From positions 1 to 64,000 of IMG/VR virus record IMGVR_UViG_3300030102_002720: 64,000 nt of DNA, one strand, 5' to 3'. Positions within the stretch are counted from its first letter, which is position 1, and the number at the start of each line of letters is the position of its first letter. Under the pieces are notes generated by a model that saw only the letters and a list, made by a program, of their open reading frames with translations, was not told where the DNA came from and did no database searches. A program made the translations under genes and the position numbers. Of this stretch, positions 30,629 to 39,608 are shown piece after piece. The DNA comes from an uncultured virus (IMG/VR IMGVR_UViG_3300030102_002720). Its lineage: Duplodnaviria; Heunggongvirae; Uroviricota; Caudoviricetes.

Positions 30629-31192
30629 TTAGTCATCAGGTCTTTCTTCACTTGGTGGCACAAGAGCAGGAAGTTCTCTATCCCAACTCAATCCAGCAGG
30701 TTGTAAGATTTGCCCTAACATGTCTCTCAAATCAGAACTAACATGAGCTTCCATTACAGAGTCATCTGCTTTGGTTTGTAATGCTTTCAAGTATGCAATT
30801 CTTTTACCGATAGGTAATTTCTCTGCTTCTTTTTCAGCAAGTTTTTCAGCCCACTTTCTAATTTGTTTCTCACATTTCTCTGGTGTAATTCTATCTGAAT
30901 TACCCCAATCATATTCATTTATACTATTCTTCCACGAAACTCTTTTATTAGAAGTTCGTTTAAAAAATGTTCGAGCTTTATTTTCTGCTTTGTCAAGATT
31001 GTGTCTAGCTTTTCGTAGGTCATCAATAATAATGTCAGCGCCTATCTTCCTCGCTAAACCTTCCTCTGCACTATCTACCATATCTGCTATGGTAGATGAC
31101 ATAAGCATTTCTTCTTTCTCTATTTCAGGTCGAAGCAAATCTCTAATCTTTCTTTGAAAATGCTCTCTCTGATATACTTTCATTTCAGCCAT
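30629..31192 (-). CDS. hypothetical helical protein
   Basis: 187 aa; overlaps the upstream gene. Confidence 0.6.
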   Translation of the reverse strand: MAEMKVYQREHFQRKIRDLLRPEIEKEEMLMSSTIADMVDSAEEGLARKIGADIIIDDLRKARHNLDKAENKARTFFKRTSNKRVSWKNSINEYDWGNSDRITPEKCEKQIRKWAEKLAEKEAEKLPIGKRIAYLKALQTKADDSVMEAHVSSDLRDMLGQILQPAGLSWDRELPALVPPSEERPDD

Positions 31193-31406
31193 AGTGTGCC
31201 TCTCTTTCTTGTTCTAGTTCTTCTTCGAGCCATTCGTCTGCAATAACTTGAGCTTGTTCTATTGTCTTTGCTGAATAATCAGTAAAACAATTTACATTTT
31301 TACCACCTGTAAAAACATTATAAGTTGCTGAACCATTCCATTCAATTTCAATTTCATGTTCAGGATATTCAAACAACATTCTACTTCTACTTTCTATTTT
31401 AGCCAT
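31185..31406 (-). CDS. hypothetical protein
   Basis: AAAGGAG RBS; 73 aa. Confidence 0.6.
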   Translation of the reverse strand: MAKIESRSRMLFEYPEHEIEIEWNGSATYNVFTGGKNVNCFTDYSAKTIEQAQVIADEWLEEELEQEREAHYG

Positions 31407-31519
31407 AAAATACTCCTTTGTTTTAAATGGTTAGTTTGTCTTATAATTATTTACAAGATTATACAAGACATAAATGTATAAATTTTTATCTTTTTTTATG
31501 CTACTATTTACAAGGTAAA

Positions 31520-31906
31520 ATGCTACGCAAACCAGAAAGAAAATTATGGTATCTGATAAAAGAGAATACACCAGAAATATTGTGGAATAGAGTAGAAACT
31601 ACAACGATTATGGGCTTTCCTGACCTGCTTGGTTGCCACCAAAATTGTGGCTTTTTTACAGTAGAATTGAAAGTAGCAAATCGTAGCAAAATTAAGCTGT
31701 CCCCTCATCAAATTTCTTGGAATTATAATCACGCATTAAAAGGTGGTAGATGTTTTATCATAGCCACCCCCCTCGAACAGACCACCCTAGAAATCTATGG
31801 GGGAATACAGAGCATTGATATATCAAACAATATCCGTGAACCATTGGCCGTGTTTCACAAACCATTTGACTGGGGGAAGGTCGTTGAATTTCTGACACTA
31901 AACTGA
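31520..31906 (+). CDS. PD-(D/E)XK nuclease (Holliday junction resolvase / VRR-NUC-like)
   Basis: E..LW...R.E...GFPDLLG...VELKV...LSPHQISW. Confidence 0.8.
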   Translation: MLRKPERKLWYLIKENTPEILWNRVETTTIMGFPDLLGCHQNCGFFTVELKVANRSKIKLSPHQISWNYNHALKGGRCFIIATPLEQTTLEIYGGIQSIDISNNIREPLAVFHKPFDWGKVVEFLTLN

Positions 31907-31991
31907 CGCAAAAGGGGACACTAAACTGACGCAAGATCCACGAAGCAGGGACACTAAACTGACGCAAACTTTTCAAGCTTCGACACTAAAC
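31894..31991 (+). repeat. direct repeats GACACTAAACTGACGCAA (3 exact copies + 1 partial)
   Basis: Exact 18-mers at 31894, 31917 and 31950; GACACTAAAC at 31982; degenerate copy at 33096. Confidence 0.9.
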
Positions 31992-32122
31992 ATTTGCAGA
32001 CTAGTAACGGGTAGTAACGGTTGACAAATCAGTCTTCACGGGACTTGTCGATCATCCAAAGTATGGGTTTAATAATGAAGTAATATATAACCAGGTACAA
32101 TATAAAATATTCAATATAGATC

Positions 32123-32767
32123 TTAATGTTTTTCATATGATATATTCTTGATTGATGGATTCCAGCACGCCCGGCAGTCCAGGCAGCGGCCGCTCTGCTT
32201 GCTTGCGTGGCAAGCGGTCCCGATAGGCTCAACGCCTGGCGTGTGTACGGTGCTTGAATGCTCATGAATATTTGAAGGCGCCCCGTTAATCATTGTAGCG
32301 CTCAATCTTATAACAAGATTATCTGGAATGACCCCGCCCTGCTCCTTGTATTCTTTTACAATTTTATTTTCCCTTGTTGGTAACCAGTGTTTTATGTGAG
32401 GGGTTCCTGCAGCTACAGCGCAAATTTTGGCCAGGTGCTCCAGGCTTTGGATATCTCCGGAATCATGCCAGCGGAAATATTCTTTTTCATAATGTGTTAT
32501 TAACTGGATCATTGCAGCGGTCCAGTTTTTATTGTTTATAGATCTTAATCGCCTGGCGTGACCCGTCACTACGGATGGATAAAAGTAATTAGCTTTCATC
32601 GCATAACAATTAAAACACACTGACCCCGGGACCTGCTGCAGCTTGCCGCCAGTCTTGCAGCGCTTAGCGCTTAGGCCGTACGTATAACCAGGCATTTTTT
32701 TATTAACGTTAGAGATTCCCCCGCCCGTCAATTGCTTAGCTTTCTTTAATGTGTACATTCTTTTCAT
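32123..32767 (-). CDS. Gp88-like Cys-rich protein (possible Fe-S / radical-SAM-related)
   Basis: C...C..CYA, FRWHDSGD, HWLPTRE, NLVIRLS and C...C.DCRACW motifs; ATAGGAG RBS. Confidence 0.7.
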   Translation of the reverse strand: MKRMYTLKKAKQLTGGGISNVNKKMPGYTYGLSAKRCKTGGKLQQVPGSVCFNCYAMKANYFYPSVVTGHARRLRSINNKNWTAAMIQLITHYEKEYFRWHDSGDIQSLEHLAKICAVAAGTPHIKHWLPTRENKIVKEYKEQGGVIPDNLVIRLSATMINGAPSNIHEHSSTVHTPGVEPIGTACHASKQSGRCLDCRACWNPSIKNISYEKH

Positions 32768-32774
32768 TCTCCTA

Positions 32775-32803
32775 TTGACTTATATTTTATTTTCTTTTAT
32801 AGT
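32775..32803 (+). promoter_or_regulatory. sigma70-like promoter
   Basis: TTGACT-N17-TATAGT. Confidence 0.65.
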
Positions 32804-32833
32804 CTTTTATATAATAAAGAAAGGAAAAAAACA

Positions 32834-33055
32834 ATGTTAAAAAATCACGTTGGAATAGTTAACGAAGGGACGCTTGTAAAATTTATGTTACACACTGACG
32901 CCGCCCTTAATTGGTGGCGTGAAAATGTCGACGACTTCAATAAAGATATAAGGGCCAGGGCTGCCCGGGTTCGATACGTTGAGCATCGATATGCAAATGA
33001 TATATATCAAGGGATGTTGTCACACTTTAACAAGATTTCAAACTTTAACAAGTGA
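32834..33055 (+). CDS. hypothetical protein
   Basis: Downstream of the promoter; AAAGGA RBS. Confidence 0.6.
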   Translation: MLKNHVGIVNEGTLVKFMLHTDAALNWWRENVDDFNKDIRARAARVRYVEHRYANDIYQGMLSHFNKISNFNK

Positions 33056-33121
33056 CCGGCAATTGCTGGCCTGGATCCGCCGGGCCAGCTAAACTAACAC
33101 TAAACAAACGCAATTAAAAAT

Positions 33122-33412
33122 ATGGAAATAAAAAAATTATTAGAAATCGAAAGCATAATAAGCGGACGCAAAACCCCCTCAGATATGTTTGATGATTCAC
33201 TAAACGTACGCTATTCAAAAAGCAGGGACGAAGAAATTAATATAATGGACATGCATTTACCTCATTTGGTGAGGGTTTATAGAAATTTGTTGGAAGATAA
33301 TAAACACTTTCATGAAAAGACAAGTGTTGATTGTTATAAGGAAGGCTGGAACGACGCTTTGAACCAGCTAAAAAGGGAAGGGATTTGGAATTTAGAAGCG
33401 CTATTAAAATAA
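33122..33412 (+). CDS. hypothetical protein
   Basis: 96-aa ORF ending at a terminator hairpin. Confidence 0.55.
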   Translation: MEIKKLLEIESIISGRKTPSDMFDDSLNVRYSKSRDEEINIMDMHLPHLVRVYRNLLEDNKHFHEKTSVDCYKEGWNDALNQLKREGIWNLEALLK

Positions 33413-33433
33413 AAGTAGGGGCTAAGCCCCTAC
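33411..33433 (-). terminator. intrinsic terminator between convergent genes
   Basis: gtaggggc-taa-gcccctac followed by a T-run on the minus strand. Confidence 0.6.
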
Positions 33434-33537
33434 CCTTCTTGATTAAAACGATATAATTAAATCATCATATCAGCTTGAGGGAAGGCATACTATGCTTGTA
33501 TATAAACTCAAGCCGTGTCTATTAATCAAAACTTTTT

Positions 33538-33750
33538 TTACTTTTCTACTATTTCTCCATGTTGATTAACAACATAGTCCTCTGATTGTAAGGCGTTCTG
33601 TAATGCTATATATCTGTGCATGAATCGCCCTACCTCAAAGCGTGGGTTGTCTTTTTCAAATGCACACGCTAAATCCATGAGTAATTCTTCACTGACTTTG
33701 TGCTGTGCTAAAATTTTGACAATCTCTTCATAATGTTTTCTTGTCATCAT
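33538..33750 (-). CDS. hypothetical protein (MTRKHY...DNPRF)
   Basis: TAGGAG RBS; recurrent phage early-gene motif. Confidence 0.65.
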   Translation of the reverse strand: MMTRKHYEEIVKILAQHKVSEELLMDLACAFEKDNPRFEVGRFMHRYIALQNALQSEDYVVNQHGEIVEK

Positions 33751-33817
33751 ACTTTCTCCTATTGGTTGAATTATTAGGGGGCGTAATCGCCCCCCTCCTT
33801 TCAACCCAACATTGAAA

Positions 33818-34012
33818 CTATTTAATTTGTTTTCTTGTTGGGTATTTTATTTCGTCTAGTTCTCTTTGTAAATTGTCAATCAAACTATGAGCCGCATTAA
33901 TTTGACTTTGTTGCTCATTCATCTTCTTGGCAATGATATCAAGTGTTTGTGATAATGCTTCCGCAAATCCAACCACTGTAGTTTTCTTTGTTACTTTCTC
34001 CATGTAATTCAC
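33818..34012 (-). CDS. hypothetical coiled-coil protein
   Basis: AAAGGAGG RBS. Confidence 0.6.
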   Translation of the reverse strand: MNYMEKVTKKTTVVGFAEALSQTLDIIAKKMNEQQSQINAAHSLIDNLQRELDEIKYPTRKQIK

Positions 34013-34055
34013 CTCCTTTCTTTTAGAAGCAAGGGGCGATAACGCCCCTTGATAA

Positions 34056-34316
34056 CTATTTCTTAAAGTTTGCTTGCAGCGGCTTTTCTGCTAGCTTGTT
34101 ACCTTTAAGCTGGTAAGCCAAGCAGTTCCACTGTAGCGCCGCCCCCAGATGAACAAGGAACAATTCATTCCCAGAAAATTTCTGGAAATAGTTCTCAAGG
34201 TCTTCTTGAGTTTGGTAAACATGGAAGAGCCCTATCGGCTTGATGATATGATACTCATCAAGGTCTTCAGGCATCAGAGACAATTTCTCTGTTCTTCCTT
34301 TTTGTTTTTTCTTCAA
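34056..34316 (-). CDS. hypothetical protein
   Basis: CAGGAG RBS before a TTG start. Confidence 0.55.
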   Translation of the reverse strand: MKKKQKGRTEKLSLMPEDLDEYHIIKPIGLFHVYQTQEDLENYFQKFSGNELFLVHLGAALQWNCLAYQLKGNKLAEKPLQANFKK

Positions 34317-34504
34317 GGATAACTCCTGTCAGTTGGGTTAAATATCAGTTGGTAGACTTTCTTTCTTCCTATCACGGGCAGCTGGCTTTTTCATCCAGAG
34401 GTTGTCAGTCATTTGCTCAACCAAGCTTGATATAATTCTAATATAAACATTATAAAAGATAATACAAGATAATAATTTATTTATTTTAACTTTTTTTTAA
34501 TAAC

Positions 34505-34513
34505 TTATCCACA
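34505..34513 (+). promoter_or_regulatory. consensus DnaA-box sequence in an AT-rich divergent intergenic region
   Basis: Exact TTATCCACA; function not shown. Confidence 0.35.
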
Positions 34514-34764
34514 GCCTTGTTTGCAGTATTTTATTTATTTTTCATATTAATATAGTGAGAGTAGTTTTTGTTTAGTCTTCATTTCGGCTGCTCTCACCTT
34601 CCCTTTCACGTGAAATCTAAACACAATCCAAAAAGGTAACCCCTACTCTATCTAAATGTCCAAAACTTTTTTTAACTACCCCACCCCCTATTTGCTGCGG
34701 GCGGGTTTTTGACAGCGACCTATGATTAATGATATACACAAACATATAGGATAAAAAAGATACC

Positions 34765-36216
34765 ATGAATAAACCAACAGCTGAAGAACTCAAGCTGCTG
34801 CTTCGTGAAAACGAACTAAAACTAAAGGCTGCAGCTCAAGATAATTTTTTAAATTTTGTTAGAATAATGTGGCCAGATTTTGTCAAAGGGCCCCACCACC
34901 TTAAGACTGCATCCAAGCTTCAAGATTTAGCAGAGGGGAAGATAAAACGTTTGATCGTGAACATGCCACCAAGGCACACCAAATCAGAATTTGCATCATA
35001 TTTATTTCCTGCTTACATGATGGGTATAAATCCTAAATTAAAAATAATTCAAACTACACACACAGCGGAACTCGCATACCGGTTCGGTCGTAAGGTTAGA
35101 AACTTGATGGGAACTGGAGAATATAAAAATGTTTTTGAAAATGTAAATTTAAGTGCAGATAGTAAAGCTGCAGGAAGGTGGGAAACAAATCATGGTGGAG
35201 AATATTTTGCGGCTGGTGTTGGTGGTGCTATTACTGGTCGTGGTGCTGATTTACTTATCATTGATGATCCTCATTCAGAGCAAGACGCTCTCAGTGAGAC
35301 TGCTATGGATAATGCTTATGAGTGGTATACTTCTGGTCCTCGTCAACGTTTACAACCTGGCGGGCGCATTTTAATTGTTATGACCCGTTGGTCAACAAAA
35401 GATTTGACTGGACAGTTAATGAAATCACAATCAGAACCAAAAGCAGATCAATGGGAGGTTGTAGAATTTCCTGCAATACTTCCAAGTAATGAACCTATCT
35501 GGCCACAGTATTGGAAACTAGAAGAACTGGAATCAGTGAAAGCTTCTTTGACAGAACAGAAGTGGCAAGCACAATGGCAACAACAACCAACCTCTGAAGA
35601 AGGTTCCATCATCAAACGTGAATGGTGGAAGCTATGGGAGGGAGAGCGTATACCAGATTTGATACATGTCATACAAAGTTATGATACAGCATTTAGTAAA
35701 AAAGAAACTGCAGACTTTAGTGCAATCAGTACCTGGGGAATATTTTACCCTGAAGAAAACGGTAAGCCTCATGCAATTTTAATTGATTGTAAAAAAGGTA
35801 GATGGGATTTTCCTGAATTAAAAAAAGTTGCAATGGAAGAATATAGATACTGGGAACCTGAAACAATAATCGTGGAGGCAAAAGCATCAGGTATGCCGCT
35901 GACTCACGAACTACGGACCATGGGTATTCCCGTTGTTAACTTTACACCGAGCAAAGGAAATGATAAACATGTACGTGTCAATTCTGTTGCACCTTTGTTT
36001 GAAGCTGGCATGGTCTGGCGTCCAGACGAAAGATGGGCAGAAGAGATGGTGGAAGAGTGTGCGGCTTTTCCATATGGTGAACATGATGATTTAGTAGACA
36101 GTATGACCCAAGCTATGTTAAGGTTCCGTCAAGGTAATTTTGTTGTTCATCCAGAAGATTACGAAGATCCTCCACTCCAACTTGGTGTGCAGCGATCTTA
36201 TTATAATGATGTGTAG
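34765..36216 (+). CDS. terL: terminase large subunit
   Basis: NMPPRHTKS Walker A, LLIIDDP Walker B, VMTRW, SYDTA...ADFSA and HDDLVDS nuclease motifs. Confidence 0.95.
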   Translation: MNKPTAEELKLLLRENELKLKAAAQDNFLNFVRIMWPDFVKGPHHLKTASKLQDLAEGKIKRLIVNMPPRHTKSEFASYLFPAYMMGINPKLKIIQTTHTAELAYRFGRKVRNLMGTGEYKNVFENVNLSADSKAAGRWETNHGGEYFAAGVGGAITGRGADLLIIDDPHSEQDALSETAMDNAYEWYTSGPRQRLQPGGRILIVMTRWSTKDLTGQLMKSQSEPKADQWEVVEFPAILPSNEPIWPQYWKLEELESVKASLTEQKWQAQWQQQPTSEEGSIIKREWWKLWEGERIPDLIHVIQSYDTAFSKKETADFSAISTWGIFYPEENGKPHAILIDCKKGRWDFPELKKVAMEEYRYWEPETIIVEAKASGMPLTHELRTMGIPVVNFTPSKGNDKHVRVNSVAPLFEAGMVWRPDERWAEEMVEECAAFPYGEHDDLVDSMTQAMLRFRQGNFVVHPEDYEDPPLQLGVQRSYYNDV

Positions 36217-36224
36217 GAGGACCT

Positions 36225-36443
36225 ATGGTCGAGAGTAGAGTAAAACAATTAAGAGATCTTCTTGAAGATGCTATTGCAAATGGTGATGATGATCAAATAG
36301 AAATTATTAAACAAGAATTATTTACAATCAATCCAAACTATGTAAAAGATTTTGGTCATGGAGGTTTTGTGGCTGAAATGAAACCAATGAGAATGCGTTC
36401 TGGTGGAGCAGCGAAACGTGGTTATGGAAAAGCGAGAAGATAA
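36225..36443 (+). CDS. hypothetical protein with FxxGG/MxxGG motifs
   Basis: AGGAGG RBS; lies between terL and the portal. Confidence 0.6.
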   Translation: MVESRVKQLRDLLEDAIANGDDDQIEIIKQELFTINPNYVKDFGHGGFVAEMKPMRMRSGGAAKRGYGKARR

Positions 36444-38869
36444 TGGCTGTTGATAAAAGAATTACAGGAGTTGCAAATCCTGATTTAGAAGTTGAAGATA
36501 CTATTGATGTTGAAGCAAGTGACATTGTTAAAGGCATTAATGATAATCAAGAAATAGAAGTTGAAGAAACAGAAGAAGGTGGAGCGGTTATAGACTTTGA
36601 TCCGTCATCCAGGCCTGTAGCTGCGGGATTCGCAGACAACTTAGCAGAGTTCTTAGACGATAATAAATTAGGTAAGATCGCTAGTGATATAGTTGGAGAA
36701 GTAAAAGCGGACCGTGAATCACGGCACGAGTGGGAGTCTTCATACACCAAAGGATTAGATTTATTAGGATTTAAACATCAAGAACGTACCGAGCCATTTC
36801 AAGGAGCGAGCAGTGTTACACATCCACTATTAGCAGAATCAGTTACACAGTTTCAAGCACAAGCATTTAAAGAATTATTACCACCAAGTGGTCCAGTTAA
36901 AACAACAGTCGTTGGTGCAGAGAGTCCAGAAACTTCAGCACAAGCAGATAGAGTTCAAGATTTCATGAACTATCAAATTACAGATAAGATGCAAGAGTAC
37001 ACACCAGACATGGATCAGTTACTTTTTCATTTACCACTTGCAGGTTCAGCATTTAAAAAAGTTTATTACGATTCAACAAAACAATCAGCAGTTTCAAAAT
37101 TTATTCCAAGTGAAGATTTAGTTGTCAACTATTTAGCAACAGATTTACAATCAGCGGAACGTGTTACGCATATCGTAAAGATGTCACAAAATGATTTACT
37201 CAAACAACAGGTGGCAGGATTTTATAGAGACGTAGATGTTCAAACAAGTAATGATGAAACAAACATACAGAAAAAATACAATCAACTCGAAGGAGTAGAA
37301 AAAAATTCGTACGATGATGAAGTGTATACTTTGTACGAAGTGCATTGCGATTTAGACATAGAAGGTTTCGAAGATATCGACGTTACAACAGGACAACCTA
37401 CTGGTATTAAAGTGCCATACATTGTAACAATTGATGAGGGCTCAAATAAAATATTATCTATCTACAGAAACTATCAAGAGACAGATCCCCTTAGAAAAAA
37501 AATCGAATACTTCGTTCACTACAAATTCCTTCCTGGTCTTGGTTTTTACGGTTTTGGTCTTATCCATATGCTCGGGGGTTTATCAAGAACGGCTACCTTT
37601 ACGCTCCGTCAACTTATTGATGCGGGAACACTTTCCAATTTACCAGCCGGATTCAAAGCCAAAGGTATACGAATCTCTGATGATGACAGTCCATTACAAC
37701 CAGGAGAGTTCAGAGACATAGATGCACCAAGCGGGGACTTACGTTCCGGTTTGATGCCACTACCATACAAGGGACCTGATCCAACTTTATTTAATCTTTT
37801 AGGTTTTTGTGTTGATGCTGGACAAAAATTTGCAGCAGTAGCTGACATGAAAATTTCTGAAACAAATACCAACGCACCTGTTGGTACAACTTTAGCAATG
37901 ATGGAACAAGGCGCAAAAGTTATGAGCGCTATTCACAAACGTTTACATTACGCACAGAAACATGAATTCAAATTATTAGCAAAAGTATTTGGAACTTTCT
38001 TACCACCTGAATATCCATACGCCGTAGTTGGTGGTAATCAAATGATTAAACAAACAGACTTTGATGATCGTGTTGACATCATTCCTGTTTCAGATCCAAA
38101 TATGTTTTCAATGTCACAGAGAGTGGCAATGGCTCAATTACAATTACAACTGGCACAAGCTTCACCAGAAATACATAATTTACAGGAAGCTTATCGTCGT
38201 ATGTATCAAGCATTAAACGTACAAAATATTGAAGCATTACTACCTCCTCCTCCTGAACCAAAACCAATTGATCCAGGCGTTGAAAACGCTTTAGCATTGG
38301 GATTAAAACCGCTTCGTGCTTTTGAAATACAAAATCATCAAGCACACATTGATGCACATAGAGCATTTATGTCTAGTGGACTTGTAAAATCTAACTTACA
38401 AGTGTTAGCATTATTGCAAGGTCATATTTCTGAGCACACTGCATTACTTGCAAGACAAGAAATTATGCAACAGATGGGACCACAACTACAACAATTCCAA
38501 ATGCAGATGCAAAATCCTATGATGGCGCAAAATCCACAGATGCAACAACAGATGCAGCAGGTACAACAACAGATAGAATCGCAAATTGCGGTTAGAATTG
38601 CTGAATTAACTAACGATATGGTAGCAGAAGAGCAAGATTTCCTTGAAGCACAGGGCGCAGATCAGCTAGTTGCACTACGTGAGAAGGAATTAAGTATACA
38701 AGAACAAGATGTTCAACGTAAAGTTAACGAAGGACAGGAAAAAATTGCTCTTGATAAGGCAAAATTCCAACAAAAAGAGGATTTACAGTCACAAAAAATA
38801 GATTCTATTGAAGATATTGCTGAATTACGTGCAAGAGTAGCCCTTGAAAAGATGAATAAGGACAAATAA
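36443..38869 (+). CDS. portal protein (P22-like, podovirus type)
   Basis: 808 aa downstream of terL. PFQGAS.V.HPLLAE, GSAFKKVYYD, GFYGFGL and GTLSNLPAGFK; Q-rich coiled-coil C-terminus. Confidence 0.85.
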   Translation: MAVDKRITGVANPDLEVEDTIDVEASDIVKGINDNQEIEVEETEEGGAVIDFDPSSRPVAAGFADNLAEFLDDNKLGKIASDIVGEVKADRESRHEWESSYTKGLDLLGFKHQERTEPFQGASSVTHPLLAESVTQFQAQAFKELLPPSGPVKTTVVGAESPETSAQADRVQDFMNYQITDKMQEYTPDMDQLLFHLPLAGSAFKKVYYDSTKQSAVSKFIPSEDLVVNYLATDLQSAERVTHIVKMSQNDLLKQQVAGFYRDVDVQTSNDETNIQKKYNQLEGVEKNSYDDEVYTLYEVHCDLDIEGFEDIDVTTGQPTGIKVPYIVTIDEGSNKILSIYRNYQETDPLRKKIEYFVHYKFLPGLGFYGFGLIHMLGGLSRTATFTLRQLIDAGTLSNLPAGFKAKGIRISDDDSPLQPGEFRDIDAPSGDLRSGLMPLPYKGPDPTLFNLLGFCVDAGQKFAAVADMKISETNTNAPVGTTLAMMEQGAKVMSAIHKRLHYAQKHEFKLLAKVFGTFLPPEYPYAVVGGNQMIKQTDFDDRVDIIPVSDPNMFSMSQRVAMAQLQLQLAQASPEIHNLQEAYRRMYQALNVQNIEALLPPPPEPKPIDPGVENALALGLKPLRAFEIQNHQAHIDAHRAFMSSGLVKSNLQVLALLQGHISEHTALLARQEIMQQMGPQLQQFQMQMQNPMMAQNPQMQQQMQQVQQQIESQIAVRIAELTNDMVAEEQDFLEAQGADQLVALREKELSIQEQDVQRKVNEGQEKIALDKAKFQQKEDLQSQKIDSIEDIAELRARVALEKMNKDK

Positions 38870-38870
38870 C

Positions 38871-39086
38871 GTGAAAGATCCAGACAAATGGTACCGAGAA
38901 ATCTATAATACAGCTAAAGTAGCCATCGATGCCAACAAAGTTAACCCTATAGAGTTTGCAACAGCTCTCATAAACGTTTCAAAACTTCTTTTGATAGAAG
39001 AGGTAGGGCCTACAGAGGCACAAATCTTGTTTGATTTTGCCAATAAAAGTTTTATAGTAGAGTCAGACAATATAACTTATCATTAA
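38871..39086 (+). CDS. hypothetical protein
   Basis: GTG start directly after the portal. Confidence 0.55.
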   Translation: MKDPDKWYREIYNTAKVAIDANKVNPIEFATALINVSKLLLIEEVGPTEAQILFDFANKSFIVESDNITYH

Positions 39087-39096
39087 AGGAGATATT

Positions 39097-39336
39097 ATGG
39101 CATTAAATAACCCTAAACCAAAGTTCATCAATGGTTCATTATACCCTAATGCAAAAATGACTGTTTCTAATGACATGAATCCCTATGCAGGACCTAATGT
39201 TAACAAAACACAAATTGCAGATGTGTATAGTGCAACAGTAGAAGGACCTAAAGTTAAACAAAATAAAGGTGCGGGACCAAAAGGTCAAACTAGTAACGTA
39301 CAAATTAAAAAAGTTAAGTTTAAAGGCTTGTATTAG
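39097..39336 (+). CDS. hypothetical basic protein
   Basis: AAGGAG RBS. Confidence 0.6.
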   Translation: MALNNPKPKFINGSLYPNAKMTVSNDMNPYAGPNVNKTQIADVYSATVEGPKVKQNKGAGPKGQTSNVQIKKVKFKGLY

Positions 39337-39473
39337 TGGAGTGTAAGCATTGTAGTCATGCTTGCCACTGTGGTAACGGAGGTTCTTGTCAATCATGTGA
39401 TTGCAAAAACTGCGAACATGAGCTAGAAAATACCGTTGAATTTGAAGCAGACTTCAATTTAACAATTCATTAA
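39336..39473 (+). CDS. Cys/His-rich metallothionein-like peptide (45 aa)
   Basis: Manual translation MECKHCSHACHCGNGGSCQSCDCKNCEHELENTVEFEADFNLTIH; TAGTG stop/start overlap. Confidence 0.6.
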   Translation: MECKHCSHACHCGNGGSCQSCDCKNCEHELENTVEFEADFNLTIH

Positions 39474-39485
39474 CTAGGAGGTTGT

Positions 39486-39605
39486 ATGAATTTATTAAAA
39501 GATTTGTGGGAGCATTTGAAAGAATGGTCTGACTGGAAAATGAAAGATTGGATTAAGGCAGCTATTGTTGCAATAATCGTAATCATAGTAATTGGAGCAA
39601 TCTAA
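39486..39605 (+). CDS. small membrane protein (39 aa)
   Basis: MNLLKDLWEHLKEWSDWKMKDWIKAAIVAIIVIIVIGAI; AGGAGG RBS. Confidence 0.65.
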   Translation: MNLLKDLWEHLKEWSDWKMKDWIKAAIVAIIVIIVIGAI

Positions 39606-39608
39606 CTT

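Noticed and set aside
31894..31991. Mini CRISPR array
   Set aside because: The 18-bp repeat is short, spacers are 5-15 nt and irregular, and there are no cas genes.
34317..34430. Hammerhead ribozyme or known riboswitch in the early leader
   Set aside because: Short stems exist, but no CUGANGA/GAAA core in the correct arrangement or other recognisable consensus was found.
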